The position numbers and the translations under genes were made by a program. From the IMG/VR virus record IMGVR_UViG_3300029305_007917: a DNA stretch of 64,000 bases, one strand, 5' to 3'. The notes under the pieces were generated by a model, which made no database searches, was not told where the DNA came from, and was given only the letters and a program-made list of their open reading frames with translations. Source of the DNA: an uncultured virus (IMG/VR IMGVR_UViG_3300029305_007917) (lineage: Duplodnaviria > Heunggongvirae > Uroviricota > Caudoviricetes). Within the stretch, counting starts at the first letter, position 1. Each line of letters opens with the position of its first letter. Positions 28,778 through 39,318 of this stretch are shown piece after piece.

Positions 28778-30379
28778 ATGCGTAAACTTAAAGGCTACAA
28801 ACCCACACCTTTTATGGCCCCCACATCTCACTATGATAAAGGTGCAGCTGATTATGCTGTTTCATTTATAAACTGCCTAAGCCACACAAAAGGTAAATGG
28901 TACGGAAAGCCATTTGAATTGATTGATTGGCAAGAACGGATTATTCGTGATTTGTTTGGGACTATAAAGGAAAACGGGTATCGACAATTCAATACAGCAT
29001 ACATTGAAATCCCCAAGAAAATGGGTAAATCAGAACTCGCGGCGGCAGTTGCTCTTTTACTCACTTGTGGCGATTTTGAAGAACGAGCTGAAGTTTACGG
29101 ATGTGCCGCCGACCGAAATCAGGCATCAATCGTTTTCAATGTTGCTGCCGATATGGTAAGGATGTGTCCGGCTCTGAACTCAAGAGTTAAAATCCTTGAA
29201 TCACAGAAAAGACTCATCTACTTACCAACAAAAAGTGTTTATCAAGTTCTCTCTGCCGATGTTTCTAACAAACACGGTTTCAATACTCACGGAGTTGTGT
29301 TTGATGAGTTACATACACAGCCGAACAGAAAGCTCTTTGATGTTATGACAAAGGGTTCAGGTGATGCTCGAAACCAACCTTTATATTTCCTTATAACCAC
29401 TGCAGGCGATGACCAAAACAGCATCTGTTGGGAAATCCACCAAAAAGCTCTCGACATTATCAATGGAAGAAAACACGATGAAACCTTCTACCCGTTGATT
29501 TATGGTGCAGAGCCTGACGATGATTGGACAGACCCCAAGGTATGGGCAAAGGCAAATCCCTCCCTCGGTATTACTGTTAGCATTGATAAAGTTCACGCAG
29601 CTTGTGAATCTGCAAAGCAGAACCCTGCTGAAGAGAATGCTTTCAGACAGTTGAGGCTTAATCAATGGGTTAAGCAGTCAATTCGATGGATGCCAATGGA
29701 TAAATGGGATAAATGTAAAGCTGACATAATTGAACATCACCTTCTTGGTCGAGTCTGTTATGGTGGCTTGGACTTATCATCAACCACCGACGTTACAGCT
29801 TTTGTTTTAGTGTTCCCTCCGGATGAGGAGTTTGACAAATATATTGTACTTCCGTTCTTTTGGATACCAGAAGACAATTTACAAACACGAGTCAAAAGAG
29901 ACCATGTTCCTTATGACTTGTGGGAGCAGCAAGGTTTCCTGCAAACCACAGAAGGTAATGTAGTTCACTATGGTTACATTGAAAAATTCATAGAAGAACT
30001 TGGTAAAAAATATAACATCCGTGAAATCGCATTCGACAGATGGGGTGCTACTCAAATGGTACAGAACCTTGACGAACTCGGTTTCACTGTTGTTCCATTC
30101 GGTCAGGGTTTCAAAGATATGTCTCCTGCCACAAACGAGTTGATGAGACTCACCTTAAGTGAACAAATTGTTCATACAGGTCATCCGGTACTTCGATGGA
30201 TGATGGATAACATCTTCATTCGTAAAGACCCGGCAGGAAACATAAAGCCTGACAAAGAAAAAAGCACAGAAAAAATTGACGGTGTGGTTGCAACCATTAT
30301 GGCTCTTGACCGTGCTGTCAAAAACGAAGGAGGACCAACCTCATCTGTTTATGATGAGAGAGGTCTTTTAGTTTTTTAA
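28778..30379 (+). CDS. Terminase large subunit
   Basis: EIPKKMGKSE, VFDELH, ITTAG, GGLDLS, KIDGVVA. Confidence 0.95.
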   Translation: MRKLKGYKPTPFMAPTSHYDKGAADYAVSFINCLSHTKGKWYGKPFELIDWQERIIRDLFGTIKENGYRQFNTAYIEIPKKMGKSELAAAVALLLTCGDFEERAEVYGCAADRNQASIVFNVAADMVRMCPALNSRVKILESQKRLIYLPTKSVYQVLSADVSNKHGFNTHGVVFDELHTQPNRKLFDVMTKGSGDARNQPLYFLITTAGDDQNSICWEIHQKALDIINGRKHDETFYPLIYGAEPDDDWTDPKVWAKANPSLGITVSIDKVHAACESAKQNPAEENAFRQLRLNQWVKQSIRWMPMDKWDKCKADIIEHHLLGRVCYGGLDLSSTTDVTAFVLVFPPDEEFDKYIVLPFFWIPEDNLQTRVKRDHVPYDLWEQQGFLQTTEGNVVHYGYIEKFIEELGKKYNIREIAFDRWGATQMVQNLDELGFTVVPFGQGFKDMSPATNELMRLTLSEQIVHTGHPVLRWMMDNIFIRKDPAGNIKPDKEKSTEKIDGVVATIMALDRAVKNEGGPTSSVYDERGLLVF

Positions 30380-30391
30380 TGAGGTGACAGA

Positions 30392-31723
30392 ATGGGAATT
30401 TTCACAAGAAAAAACAATCGTTCAAGAGACAATCCTAAAAACGGATTAAGCGGTAGTCAGTATTCATTTTTCTTTGGTGGTACATCTTCCGGCAAAGCTG
30501 TGAATGAACGTTCCTCAATGCAAATGACAGCGGTTTATGCTTGTGTGCGTATTCTTTCAGAAGCAATCGCAGGATTGCCACTTCACTTGTATCGTTACAC
30601 CGATAATGGTGGCAAAGAGAAGGCACTTGACCATCCGCTTTACAGAATTTTGCACGATGAACCAAACCCCGAAATGTCATCGTTTGTTTTCAGAGAAACA
30701 TTGATGAGCCACTTGCTCCTTTGGGGCAATGCATACGCTCAAATCATCCGTAATGGTAAAGGTGAAGTAGTTGCTCTTTACCCATTAATGCCTAACAGAA
30801 TGACAGTTGACCGTGATGCAAGCGGTCGACTTTATTATGTTTACTCGAAAGGAAACGATGAATCGGAAGCCTTGGGTAAGCCACAAGAAGTAACCTTGAA
30901 TAAAAACGATGTCTTTCACATTCCCGGCTTGGGATTTGATGGTATCGTTGGTTATTCACCTATTGCGATGGCTAAAAATGCTGTAGGTATGGCAATTGCC
31001 TGTGAAGAATACGGAGCAAAATTTTTTGCTAATGGTGCGGCTCCCGGTGGTGTACTTGAACATCCCGGAACCATTAAGGACCCCAAGAAAGTAAAAGACA
31101 GTTGGAATGCCGCCTATGGTGGAACTACCAACTCTCACCGAGTGGCTGTTTTGGAAGAAGGAATGAAGTACACACCGATTTCAATTGCACCGGAACAGGC
31201 ACAGTTCCTTGAAACAAGGAAATTTCAAATCAATGAAATTGCTCGAATTTTCAGAGTCCCTCCTCATATGGTTGGTGACCTTGAGAAGTCGAGCTTTTCA
31301 AATATAGAGCAACAGTCTTTAGAGTTCGTTAAGTACACATTAGACCCGTGGGTTATCCGTTGGGAACAAAGCATAGCTCGTCTGCTTCTGAATGAAAAAG
31401 AAAAGCAGAATATGTTTGCAAAGTTCAATGTTGATGGATTGCTTCGTGGTGACTATGTAAGTCGAATGAATGGTTATGCTATCGGCAGACAGAATGGTTG
31501 GATGTCAGCGAATGACATCCGTGAGCTTGAAGACCTCGAACCTATTCCTGACGAAGAAGGCGGAAACCTTTATTTGATTAACGGTGCGATGTTACGACTC
31601 AAAGAAGCAGGTGCTTTTGCAGAAAACGGAAAGGAGGAAACCTCTAATGAAGAAACCGATGAAGTTTTGGAATTGGAAGACCGTGAAAAACGACATAGGC
31701 GAAACAAGAACCCTGTTCCTTAA
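30392..31723 (+). CDS. Portal protein (HK97 family)
   Basis: AVYACVRILSE, LLLWGNAY, GYSPI, IARIFRVPP, FSNIEQQ. Confidence 0.95.
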   Translation: MGIFTRKNNRSRDNPKNGLSGSQYSFFFGGTSSGKAVNERSSMQMTAVYACVRILSEAIAGLPLHLYRYTDNGGKEKALDHPLYRILHDEPNPEMSSFVFRETLMSHLLLWGNAYAQIIRNGKGEVVALYPLMPNRMTVDRDASGRLYYVYSKGNDESEALGKPQEVTLNKNDVFHIPGLGFDGIVGYSPIAMAKNAVGMAIACEEYGAKFFANGAAPGGVLEHPGTIKDPKKVKDSWNAAYGGTTNSHRVAVLEEGMKYTPISIAPEQAQFLETRKFQINEIARIFRVPPHMVGDLEKSSFSNIEQQSLEFVKYTLDPWVIRWEQSIARLLLNEKEKQNMFAKFNVDGLLRGDYVSRMNGYAIGRQNGWMSANDIRELEDLEPIPDEEGGNLYLINGAMLRLKEAGAFAENGKEETSNEETDEVLELEDREKRHRRNKNPVP

Positions 31724-32435
31724 TGGTGCGATTGCAGAGGAGAGTTGGTATGACGATGATGTCACCCCCAAGCTCTTCCGTGATGAACTTATGGCAGGTA
31801 AAGGTGACATTGTTGTTTGGATTAACTCTCCCGGTGGTGACTGCGTTGCGGCTTCACAAATTTACAATATGCTGATGGATTACAAAGGCAATGTAACTGT
31901 AAAGATTGATGGCATCGCTGCTTCTGCCGCTTCGGTCATCGCAATGGCAGGTACAAAGGTGTGTATGTCACCTACTGCATTGATGATGATTCACAATCCT
32001 TTCACTGTTGCTGTCGGTGACAGTGAAGAGATGAAAAAAGCAATTGCTATGCTTGACGAAGTAAAAGAGTCAATCATCAATGCCTATGAACTCAAGACCG
32101 GTCTTTCAAGAGCAAAAATCTCGCACATGATGGATGCTGAAACTTGGATTTCCGCAAACAAAGCTTTAGAGCTTGGTTTTGCAGATGAAGTGCTTTTCAA
32201 GAATCCGGCAACCAAAGTGGACGAGGAAGAAACCGATGACGATGAAGAAGATGTTGCTGAAATCGAGGAGGAAGAAAAGGAAGAAGACGATGATGAAAAA
32301 GAAAAGTCCGCTTCTTTTGCTTTCAGCTCTCGTAAGGCAAACAGTTCACTCATTGAAAAGGTTGTTAAAAACCCACCCAAGGTTACCGGTATTCCGGCTG
32401 ACCAACTTTTCAAAAGATTAAATTTGATTAAATAA
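31647..32435 (+). CDS. ClpP-type head maturation protease
   Basis: INSPGGD, AASAAS, MMIHNP, AETW; ATG 31647 after AGGAGG. Confidence 0.92.
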   Translation: MKKPMKFWNWKTVKNDIGETRTLFLNGAIAEESWYDDDVTPKLFRDELMAGKGDIVVWINSPGGDCVAASQIYNMLMDYKGNVTVKIDGIAASAASVIAMAGTKVCMSPTALMMIHNPFTVAVGDSEEMKKAIAMLDEVKESIINAYELKTGLSRAKISHMMDAETWISANKALELGFADEVLFKNPATKVDEEETDDDEEDVAEIEEEEKEEDDDEKEKSASFAFSSRKANSSLIEKVVKNPPKVTGIPADQLFKRLNLIK

Positions 32436-32449
32436 TGGAGGAAAAATCT

Positions 32450-33643
32450 ATGACAAAAATTCAGGAACTCATCGAGAAAAGAGCGAAGGCTTGGGAACAG
32501 GCTAAAGCCTTTCTTGATTCACACAGAGACGAAAAAGGTCTCATCAGCGCTGAAGACAACGCTACATACGAAAAGATGGAACAGGACATTGTCAACTACG
32601 GCAAGGAAATCGACCGTCTTCAGAGAATGGATGCATTTGAGCGTGAACTCAGTGCTCCTACATCTACACCTCTCACTTCAAAACCCGGCACTGTTGAAAA
32701 CGCAGGCAAATCCGGTCGTGCAAGTGCAGAGTACAACACAGCTTTCTGGGCTGCATTCCGTAATCAGAAAACACCTGATGTAATGAACTCACTTAAAATC
32801 GGTACAGACTCCGAAGGTGGCTATCTTGCTCCTGACGAATTTGAAAAGACACTCATTGAAGCACTTCTTGATGAGAACATTTTCCGTCAGCATGCAAAGA
32901 TTATTCAGACATCAAGTGGTGAAAGAAAAATCCCTATTTCTGCATCAAAGGGTACTGCATCGTGGATTGATGAAGAAGGTCTCATCCCTGAAAGTGATGA
33001 CTCTTTCGACCTCGTATCTATCGGTGCTCACAAGCTCGGTACAATGATTAAGGTTTCAGAAGAACTCCTTAATGACAGTGTATTCGACATTCAGTCATAC
33101 ATTGCACGTGAGTTTGCTCGTAGAATCGCTACCAAGGAAGAAGAAGCATTCTTCATTGGTGATGGTGTTGGTAAGCCTCTCGGTGTTCTCGCTGACAATG
33201 GCGGTGCTGAACTCGGTGTAACAACAGCCGGTGCTAATATCACATTCGATGATGTAATGGACCTCTTCTACAGCCTTCGTGCTCCTTACAGAAACAAGGC
33301 TAACTTCTACCTTAACGATGCAACTGTTAAGGCAATCCGTAAGCTCAAGGACAACAATGGTAACTACTTGTGGCAGCCTTCTGTTCAGGCAGGTGTGCCG
33401 GACAAAATCCTCAACCGTCCTTATTTCACTTCACCTTTTATGCCTACTGCTGAAGCAGGCAATAAGGCTATTGCTTTCGGTGACTTCAAGTATTATTGGA
33501 TTGCCGACAGACAGGGTCGTTCTTTCAAACGCCTCAACGAGCTCTTCGCAACAACAGGTCAGGTTGGTTTCCTCGCAACAGAGCGTGTTGATGGTAAGCT
33601 CATCCTTCCTGAAGCTGTTAAAGTTCTTCAGCTTAAGGCTTAA
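32450..33643 (+). CDS. Major capsid protein (HK97 fold)
   Basis: Coiled-coil delta domain, EGGYLAP, VSEELLNDS, FGDF, RVDG. Confidence 0.93.
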   Translation: MTKIQELIEKRAKAWEQAKAFLDSHRDEKGLISAEDNATYEKMEQDIVNYGKEIDRLQRMDAFERELSAPTSTPLTSKPGTVENAGKSGRASAEYNTAFWAAFRNQKTPDVMNSLKIGTDSEGGYLAPDEFEKTLIEALLDENIFRQHAKIIQTSSGERKIPISASKGTASWIDEEGLIPESDDSFDLVSIGAHKLGTMIKVSEELLNDSVFDIQSYIAREFARRIATKEEEAFFIGDGVGKPLGVLADNGGAELGVTTAGANITFDDVMDLFYSLRAPYRNKANFYLNDATVKAIRKLKDNNGNYLWQPSVQAGVPDKILNRPYFTSPFMPTAEAGNKAIAFGDFKYYWIADRQGRSFKRLNELFATTGQVGFLATERVDGKLILPEAVKVLQLKA

Positions 33644-33660
33644 TTAAAGGCGGTGGCAAT

Positions 33661-33972
33661 ATGAAAGATTTGTTAAAACAAGTCAAGACCAACTTGGTGC
33701 TTGAGTTTGACGATGACGATGCTCTGTTGGAGATGTATATTGCCGCCGCAGTTTCTTATGCCGAGAAATATCAACATCGTTATGACGGCTATTACACCAA
33801 CGAACCATTGTCAATGACAACCCGACAAGGTGTCATTCTTCTTGCTTCTCATTTTTATGAAAGTAGGGATGGTTCGACCGGTGGTTTCTTCGGTGACAAC
33901 ACCAACGCAGCAATACAGATATGGAACACAGTAAATACACTCCTTCGTCTTGACCGAGATTGGCAGGTGTAA
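33661..33972 (+). CDS. Head-tail connector (gp6-like)
   Basis: KTNL...DDALL...HFYESR; position after capsid. Confidence 0.82.
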   Translation: MKDLLKQVKTNLVLEFDDDDALLEMYIAAAVSYAEKYQHRYDGYYTNEPLSMTTRQGVILLASHFYESRDGSTGGFFGDNTNAAIQIWNTVNTLLRLDRDWQV

Positions 33973-33976
33973 TCCT

Positions 33977-34324
33977 ATGGCAATTGGTGATTTAAGAACT
34001 CCCATTACAATCCTGAAAATCGAACACGGGAAAGACAAGGAGGGTTTTGCTACTGTCAATGAAATACCTGTAGCGTGTGTGAGGTCATATAAAGAAGATA
34101 AAAACACAACAGAAAAATGGTCAAACCGAGCATTGTTTCAGCAGGCATCTTCACTCTTCAAAATTCGACATATTCCTCGACTCACCATAACAACTGATAT
34201 GAAAATCGACTGCTACGATGGCAGGTATGAAATTCTGTCAGTTGAAAATGTGAAAAGCAAGAATATGTACATTGAAATTTTAGCGAGAAAAGAGGTCAGT
34301 TCCGATGGCAAAAATGACGGTTAA
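33977..34324 (+). CDS. Head closure / head-tail adaptor
   Basis: GDLRTPI...FKIR...YEILSV; position. Confidence 0.75.
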   Translation: MAIGDLRTPITILKIEHGKDKEGFATVNEIPVACVRSYKEDKNTTEKWSNRALFQQASSLFKIRHIPRLTITTDMKIDCYDGRYEILSVENVKSKNMYIEILARKEVSSDGKNDG

Positions 34325-34736
34325 ATTACCTGATGATATGATTGCTAAAATTTCAAAATTAGGTGATAGAACTGATGAAATATGCGAGAAGGCATTAAAA
34401 GCAGGTGCTGAAATAGCAGAAGATAAAGTACGCTCTAACTTACAATCGGTTATAGGAAAAGACCTAAAAACCGAGAGTCGGTCAACGGGTGAACTTGCAG
34501 ATGCTTTAGGTACTACTCCTGTTGGCGTTGATAAAAATGGTAATTACGATGTAAAGATTGGTTTCAAAGAACCTCGTAAAGATGGCTCGTCCAACGCAAA
34601 AATAGCCAATATTCTCGAATACGGGAAAGTTGGACAGCCACCTAAACCATTCTTGAAACCTGCACAAAAGGCAACAAAGAAACAATCCTTTGAGAAGGTC
34701 AAAGCAGTTTTTGATGAGGAAGTGAGCAAATTATGA
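34305..34736 (+). CDS. HK97 gp10-like neck protein
   Basis: TGELAD...ILEYG...PKPFLKPA. Confidence 0.82.
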   Translation: MAKMTVKLPDDMIAKISKLGDRTDEICEKALKAGAEIAEDKVRSNLQSVIGKDLKTESRSTGELADALGTTPVGVDKNGNYDVKIGFKEPRKDGSSNAKIANILEYGKVGQPPKPFLKPAQKATKKQSFEKVKAVFDEEVSKL

Positions 34737-35080
34737 GCATCCTTGAAGAACTCAATGCGATACTCGATTCAATTGGCATTCCCGTTGAAACGGGTGTCTT
34801 TTCTGACAAACCCCCACTGTACTATGTAGTTCTTACTCCTCTTTCAGATGATTTTGATGTTTTTGGTGACAACAAGCCTACAGTTGAAACTTGTGAGGTT
34901 AGATTATCACTTTTCAATCACGGAAATTACATTGAAAGAAAGAACTCCATTGTACAAAAACTTCTTGATAACGATTTCACCATTACCGGTAGAACTTATG
35001 TCGGTTTTGAGCCTGAAAATGGTTATCACAATTATGCTATTGATGTAGCAAAAAATTACGAAATTAAGGAGGACACTTAA
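34733..35080 (+). CDS. Putative tail terminator
   Basis: Size and position before the major tail protein. Confidence 0.65.
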   Translation: MSILEELNAILDSIGIPVETGVFSDKPPLYYVVLTPLSDDFDVFGDNKPTVETCEVRLSLFNHGNYIERKNSIVQKLLDNDFTITGRTYVGFEPENGYHNYAIDVAKNYEIKEDT

Positions 35081-35081
35081 T

Positions 35082-35666
35082 ATGGCAACTATTGGTCTTG
35101 ACAAACTCTTCTATGCGAAAATCACAGAAGATGAACTTGGCAATGAAACCTATGGCACACCTACACAGTTAGCAAAAGCTATGAAAGCGGATTTAACAAT
35201 TGAACTTGCTGAAGCCTCTCTTTTTGCTGATGATGGTGAGGCTGAAAATGTCAAAGCATTCAAGAGTGGTAAGCTCTCCCTTGGTATTGATGACATTGGT
35301 ATGGAAGCTGCAAAGGATTTAACCGGTGCTTCTGTGGATAACAACGGTGTACTTATTTCAACAGAAAACGACCTTGCTCCGTATGTAGCTATTGGTTTCA
35401 GAGCATTAAAGAGTAATGGCAAGTACAGATATTTTTGGCTTTATCGTGTCAAATTTGCTGCCCCTTCAACTAACCTTCAAACCAAGGGTGACAGCATTAC
35501 TTTCCAGACACCTACTATTGAAGGTACTGTAATGAGAAGAAACAAGGCTGATGGTGCGGGTAAACATCCGTGGAAAGCTGAAGTTACTGAAGGTACAACC
35601 GGAGTAACTGAAAACACCATCACATCTTGGTTCACATCAGTTTACGAACCTATTTATTCAGCTTAA
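35082..35666 (+). CDS. Major tail protein (phi13 family)
   Basis: IGLDKLFYA, LFADDG, PYVAIGFRA, YFWLYRVKF. Confidence 0.88.
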   Translation: MATIGLDKLFYAKITEDELGNETYGTPTQLAKAMKADLTIELAEASLFADDGEAENVKAFKSGKLSLGIDDIGMEAAKDLTGASVDNNGVLISTENDLAPYVAIGFRALKSNGKYRYFWLYRVKFAAPSTNLQTKGDSITFQTPTIEGTVMRRNKADGAGKHPWKAEVTEGTTGVTENTITSWFTSVYEPIYSA

Positions 35667-35684
35667 TTTAGGAGGACATTATCA

Positions 35685-36098
35685 ATGAAATCACATATTC
35701 CTACTGTCGAGGTTCAGGCAGAAGAAAGAAAAGCCGTAATTACAATTGGCGGTAAAGATTATGATTTGCTTTTAACAACCCTTGCAACAAAGCAAATCGG
35801 CAAGAGATATGGTGGTCTTCAGAACCTTGGTGAAACACTTATGAACAGTGAACACATCGAAGAAGCCATTGACGAAATCGTATGGCTCATTACTCTTTTA
35901 GCTAATCAGCCTATTATGATTCACAACCTTTGGAATGAAGAGAAACTTCCTCTTTTAACCGAAGAAATCGTATTCCTTATGACATCGCCTTATGATTTGG
36001 CAGAATACAAAAATGCCATTATGGAAGCAATGTATAAGGGTGCAAAGAGAAATGTTGTCAGTGAGGAAACTGACGAAAAAAACTCACCGGACGAGTAA
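35685..36098 (+). CDS. Tail assembly chaperone (gpG-like)
   Basis: Between major tail and tape measure; slippery A AAA AAC near the 3' end. Confidence 0.8.
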   Translation: MKSHIPTVEVQAEERKAVITIGGKDYDLLLTTLATKQIGKRYGGLQNLGETLMNSEHIEEAIDEIVWLITLLANQPIMIHNLWNEEKLPLLTEEIVFLMTSPYDLAEYKNAIMEAMYKGAKRNVVSEETDEKNSPDE

Positions 36099-36286
36099 GC
36101 GATGATGAAACGTTTGCTCGTCTTATTTTTTACGGTGTTACTCTTCTTCATCGACATGAGCGTGAAGTGTTATTAATGCCGTTAGGTGCTTTGCTCGACC
36201 AAGTTGAAGTGTATAAACAGTGGCATGGTTTAGCAAAGCCATTCAGGGAATTGTTCATTGATGATGTCATTCCATCCGATATTTAG
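36077..36286 (+). CDS. -1 frameshift extension of the tail chaperone (gpGT-like)
   Basis: Heptamer AAAAAAC 36077-36083; -1 frame open (LTGRVSDDETFARLIFYG...IPSDI*) to TAG 36286. Confidence 0.75.
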   Translation, partial: KKLTGRVSDDETFARLIFYGVTLLHRHEREVLLMPLGALLDQVEVYKQWHGLAKPFRELFIDDVIPSDI

Positions 36287-36297
36287 GAGGTGGTGAC

Positions 36298-38610
36298 GTG
36301 TCTGACAATTTTGGTTTCAAATTGGGTATTGAAGGTGAACGAGAGTTTAAGAATGCCTTAAAAGACATTAACTCCGCCTTTAAGGTTTTGGGTTCTGAAA
36401 TGACTCTTGTTTCATCCCAATTCGATAAAAACGATAAGTCCCAAGAAGCGGTTACGGCCCGTAGCAAGGTTCTCCGAAAAGAAATAGAAGCTCAAGAAGA
36501 AAAGGTCAAGATGCTTGAATCTGCTCTTGAAAATGCAACGACTTCTTTCGGTGAAAATGATAGGCGTACACAGGCTTGGGCTACTCAATTGAACAATGCA
36601 AAAGCTGACCTTAATAAACTCAACAGAGAATTACAAGATACCGAATCGTCACTTGATGATACTGCTGATGAGTTTAACGATGCTGAAAAACAAGCTGACC
36701 AATTCGCTGATGAGTTGGACAGAACCGGTAAGGAAGCGGACTCCGCCTCAAGTAAACTTGATAAACTCGGTTCAGTAGCTAAAGGCATCGGTGCTGCTAT
36801 GGGTACAGCTTTAGCCGCAGTAGGCACAGCAGCAGTATCGGCAGGCAAGAAACTCACAGAGTTAGCAGTTGACTCGGCGGCTTATGCTGACGAGATTTTA
36901 ACGATGTCAACTGTTACCGGTGTTTCAACCGAACAGTTACAAGCCTACTCCTACGCAGCAGAACTTGTTGATGTATCTGTAGAAACGCTTACAAAATCAA
37001 TGGCTAAAAATGTAAAGTCAATGGAGTCTGCAAGGCAGGGTTCAAAACTTTATGCTGAAGCCTACGACAAATTGGGTGTTTCAGTTACAGATGCAAATGG
37101 CAACCTTCGAGACAGTGAAGCCGTTTATTGGGAATGTATAGATGCTCTCGGTAAAATTCAAAACGAAACTGAACGAGATGCTGTGGCTATGCAGTTGTTC
37201 GGTAAATCGGCACAGGAACTCAATCCTCTCATTGCTCAAGGCTCTGCCGGAATCAAGGAACTAACCGATGAAGCAAGAGAAATGGGTGCTGTGATGTCGG
37301 AGGAAACTCTGGCAAAACTCGGTGCTTTTGATGATTCCATACAAAGGCTTAAAGGTGGAGCTTCTGCAGCAAAGAATGTACTTGGTACTATTCTTTTACC
37401 AGAACTTCAGTTTTTGGCTGATGGTGGTGTTTCTCTTCTTGGTGAATTCACAAAAGGTATGAATGAAGCCGGTGGTGATTGGTCGAAAATAAGCGAGGTA
37501 ATCGGTGGCACTTTAGGTAAAGCCACTGATTTACTTTTGGAGGCTATACCGAAGGTTACCTCAATCGTTCAGGAAATTTTAACGGCTCTTTTATCAGCCA
37601 TTTCCGATAACCTACCTGCCATTTTGGAAAGTGGAACTTCGATAATTTTCACATTGCTTTCTGGTCTTTCTTCAGTGCTACCTGAGGTGGCGGCAAGTGC
37701 TGTCACCCTAATCATAACTTTGGCAGAAGGACTTCTCTCGAACCTACCTTCCATTCTTGAAGCTGCAATTCAGGTGGTTTTAACTTTGGCTACCGGGATT
37801 GGAGAGGCTTTGCCGGAGCTCATCCCTTCGATAATTTCAACAGTAGTTACTATCGTAACTGTACTTTTGGAAAATATGGATTTAATTTTGGAAGCGGCTT
37901 TTTTACTCATTGAAGGCTTGGCTACAGGACTTTTGGATGCCTTACCTGTACTGATAGAATCGCTCCCGACCCTCATCGAATCCATCCTCTCTTTTGTGAC
38001 TTCTAACCTTCCAAAATTGCTCGAAATGGGCATCAAGCTTACAGTTCAGCTTGGGTTAGGTCTCATCAAAGCCATCCCGAAATTGGTGGCACAAATCCCA
38101 CAGATAATTTCAGCCATTGTATCAAGTCTCGCAAATGGTGTCGGCTCATTGGCTAATGTGGGTAAAAACCTCCTTGAAGGCTTATGGTCAGGTCTCCAAA
38201 ATGCTAAAAATTGGCTTGTTCAGAAAATCCGTAATCTTGGTTCTGTCGTTACAGATGCTCTTAAAACTGTTCTTGGTATCCACTCACCTTCACGTGTTTT
38301 CCGTGACGAAATCGGTACAAATCTTGCCCTTGGTTTGGGTGAAGGTTTTGAACAGACAATGAAGGGTGTAACCGAGAATATGAAACACCAAGTGCCTACA
38401 AACTTTGATTTGGAAACAACACTAACCGGTGTTTCAAAGGTCGTTACTGAACCTGTAATTTCAAAAGCATTGCCTTCTTCAGGTAGTATTTCAATTAGCC
38501 TTAACATCGATAAATTTATCAATAATGGTGTTGAGGACATTCAGCAGTTGGCAGATGAAATTTCTGTTGCAATTGCAGCATCAGTTCGTAGGAAAGGAGT
38601 AGCATTCTAA
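36298..38610 (+). CDS. Tape measure protein
   Basis: Long Ala/Leu-rich helical protein, amphipathic repeats, GIHSPSRVF. Confidence 0.9.
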   Translation: MSDNFGFKLGIEGEREFKNALKDINSAFKVLGSEMTLVSSQFDKNDKSQEAVTARSKVLRKEIEAQEEKVKMLESALENATTSFGENDRRTQAWATQLNNAKADLNKLNRELQDTESSLDDTADEFNDAEKQADQFADELDRTGKEADSASSKLDKLGSVAKGIGAAMGTALAAVGTAAVSAGKKLTELAVDSAAYADEILTMSTVTGVSTEQLQAYSYAAELVDVSVETLTKSMAKNVKSMESARQGSKLYAEAYDKLGVSVTDANGNLRDSEAVYWECIDALGKIQNETERDAVAMQLFGKSAQELNPLIAQGSAGIKELTDEAREMGAVMSEETLAKLGAFDDSIQRLKGGASAAKNVLGTILLPELQFLADGGVSLLGEFTKGMNEAGGDWSKISEVIGGTLGKATDLLLEAIPKVTSIVQEILTALLSAISDNLPAILESGTSIIFTLLSGLSSVLPEVAASAVTLIITLAEGLLSNLPSILEAAIQVVLTLATGIGEALPELIPSIISTVVTIVTVLLENMDLILEAAFLLIEGLATGLLDALPVLIESLPTLIESILSFVTSNLPKLLEMGIKLTVQLGLGLIKAIPKLVAQIPQIISAIVSSLANGVGSLANVGKNLLEGLWSGLQNAKNWLVQKIRNLGSVVTDALKTVLGIHSPSRVFRDEIGTNLALGLGEGFEQTMKGVTENMKHQVPTNFDLETTLTGVSKVVTEPVISKALPSSGSISISLNIDKFINNGVEDIQQLADEISVAIAASVRRKGVAF

Positions 38611-39306
38611 ATGAACTCATTTACTTTTAACGGAATATCTTCAGCAGAGTTTGGTTTGTACATTTCTGAAAAGAAAATCTACTCCATTCCTGCGAGAGAT
38701 GTTACCTTTCATTCTGTTCCCGGAAGAAGCGGTGATGTTCTAATTGACAATGACCGATATGAAAATGTCATCGTTTCCTATACAGTGGGAATTAAAGATA
38801 TAAAGAAAAACATTCGTAAAATTAAATCGTGGTTATGCAAACCCGGTTATTTGAAACTTACTGATACATATCAACCCACATACTTTAGATATGCGTGTTT
38901 TTGCTCTTCTGTTGATGTGGTTGAAATGCTCGAAAATGTAGGTACAGCTCAAATATCATTCAACTGCAAACCCTATATGTATTTGAATTCCGGGCAAACA
39001 ACACGAACCATTACAAGCAAGGCTACAATCAATAATCCTACAGATTTTGATTCAGAACCTCTTTTACGAATTTATGGCAGTGGTGCGGTTACTCTCACCA
39101 TCAACAATAAATCGTACAATTTCACACAAGTAAGCCCATATCTTTCTTGTGACACAGAATTGATGAACTGCTCATATGGTTCTATCCTTAAAAACCATGT
39201 GATTAATTTTACTGAATTCCCGGTGTTTGAACCGGGTGAAAACAACATCTCTTTTACAGGTACTGTTACACGAATAATCATCACCCCCCGTTGGCGTACT
39301 CTTTAA
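38611..39306 (+). CDS. Distal tail protein (Dit)
   Basis: FTFNGISS, VPGRSGD, FNCKPY, PRWRTL; follows TMP. Confidence 0.82.
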   Translation: MNSFTFNGISSAEFGLYISEKKIYSIPARDVTFHSVPGRSGDVLIDNDRYENVIVSYTVGIKDIKKNIRKIKSWLCKPGYLKLTDTYQPTYFRYACFCSSVDVVEMLENVGTAQISFNCKPYMYLNSGQTTRTITSKATINNPTDFDSEPLLRIYGSGAVTLTINNKSYNFTQVSPYLSCDTELMNCSYGSILKNHVINFTEFPVFEPGENNISFTGTVTRIIITPRWRTL

Positions 39307-39318
39307 GGAGGTGTTCAA

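Noticed and set aside
32220..32305. Purine-rich low-complexity tract
   Set aside because: Encodes the acidic linker of the head protease
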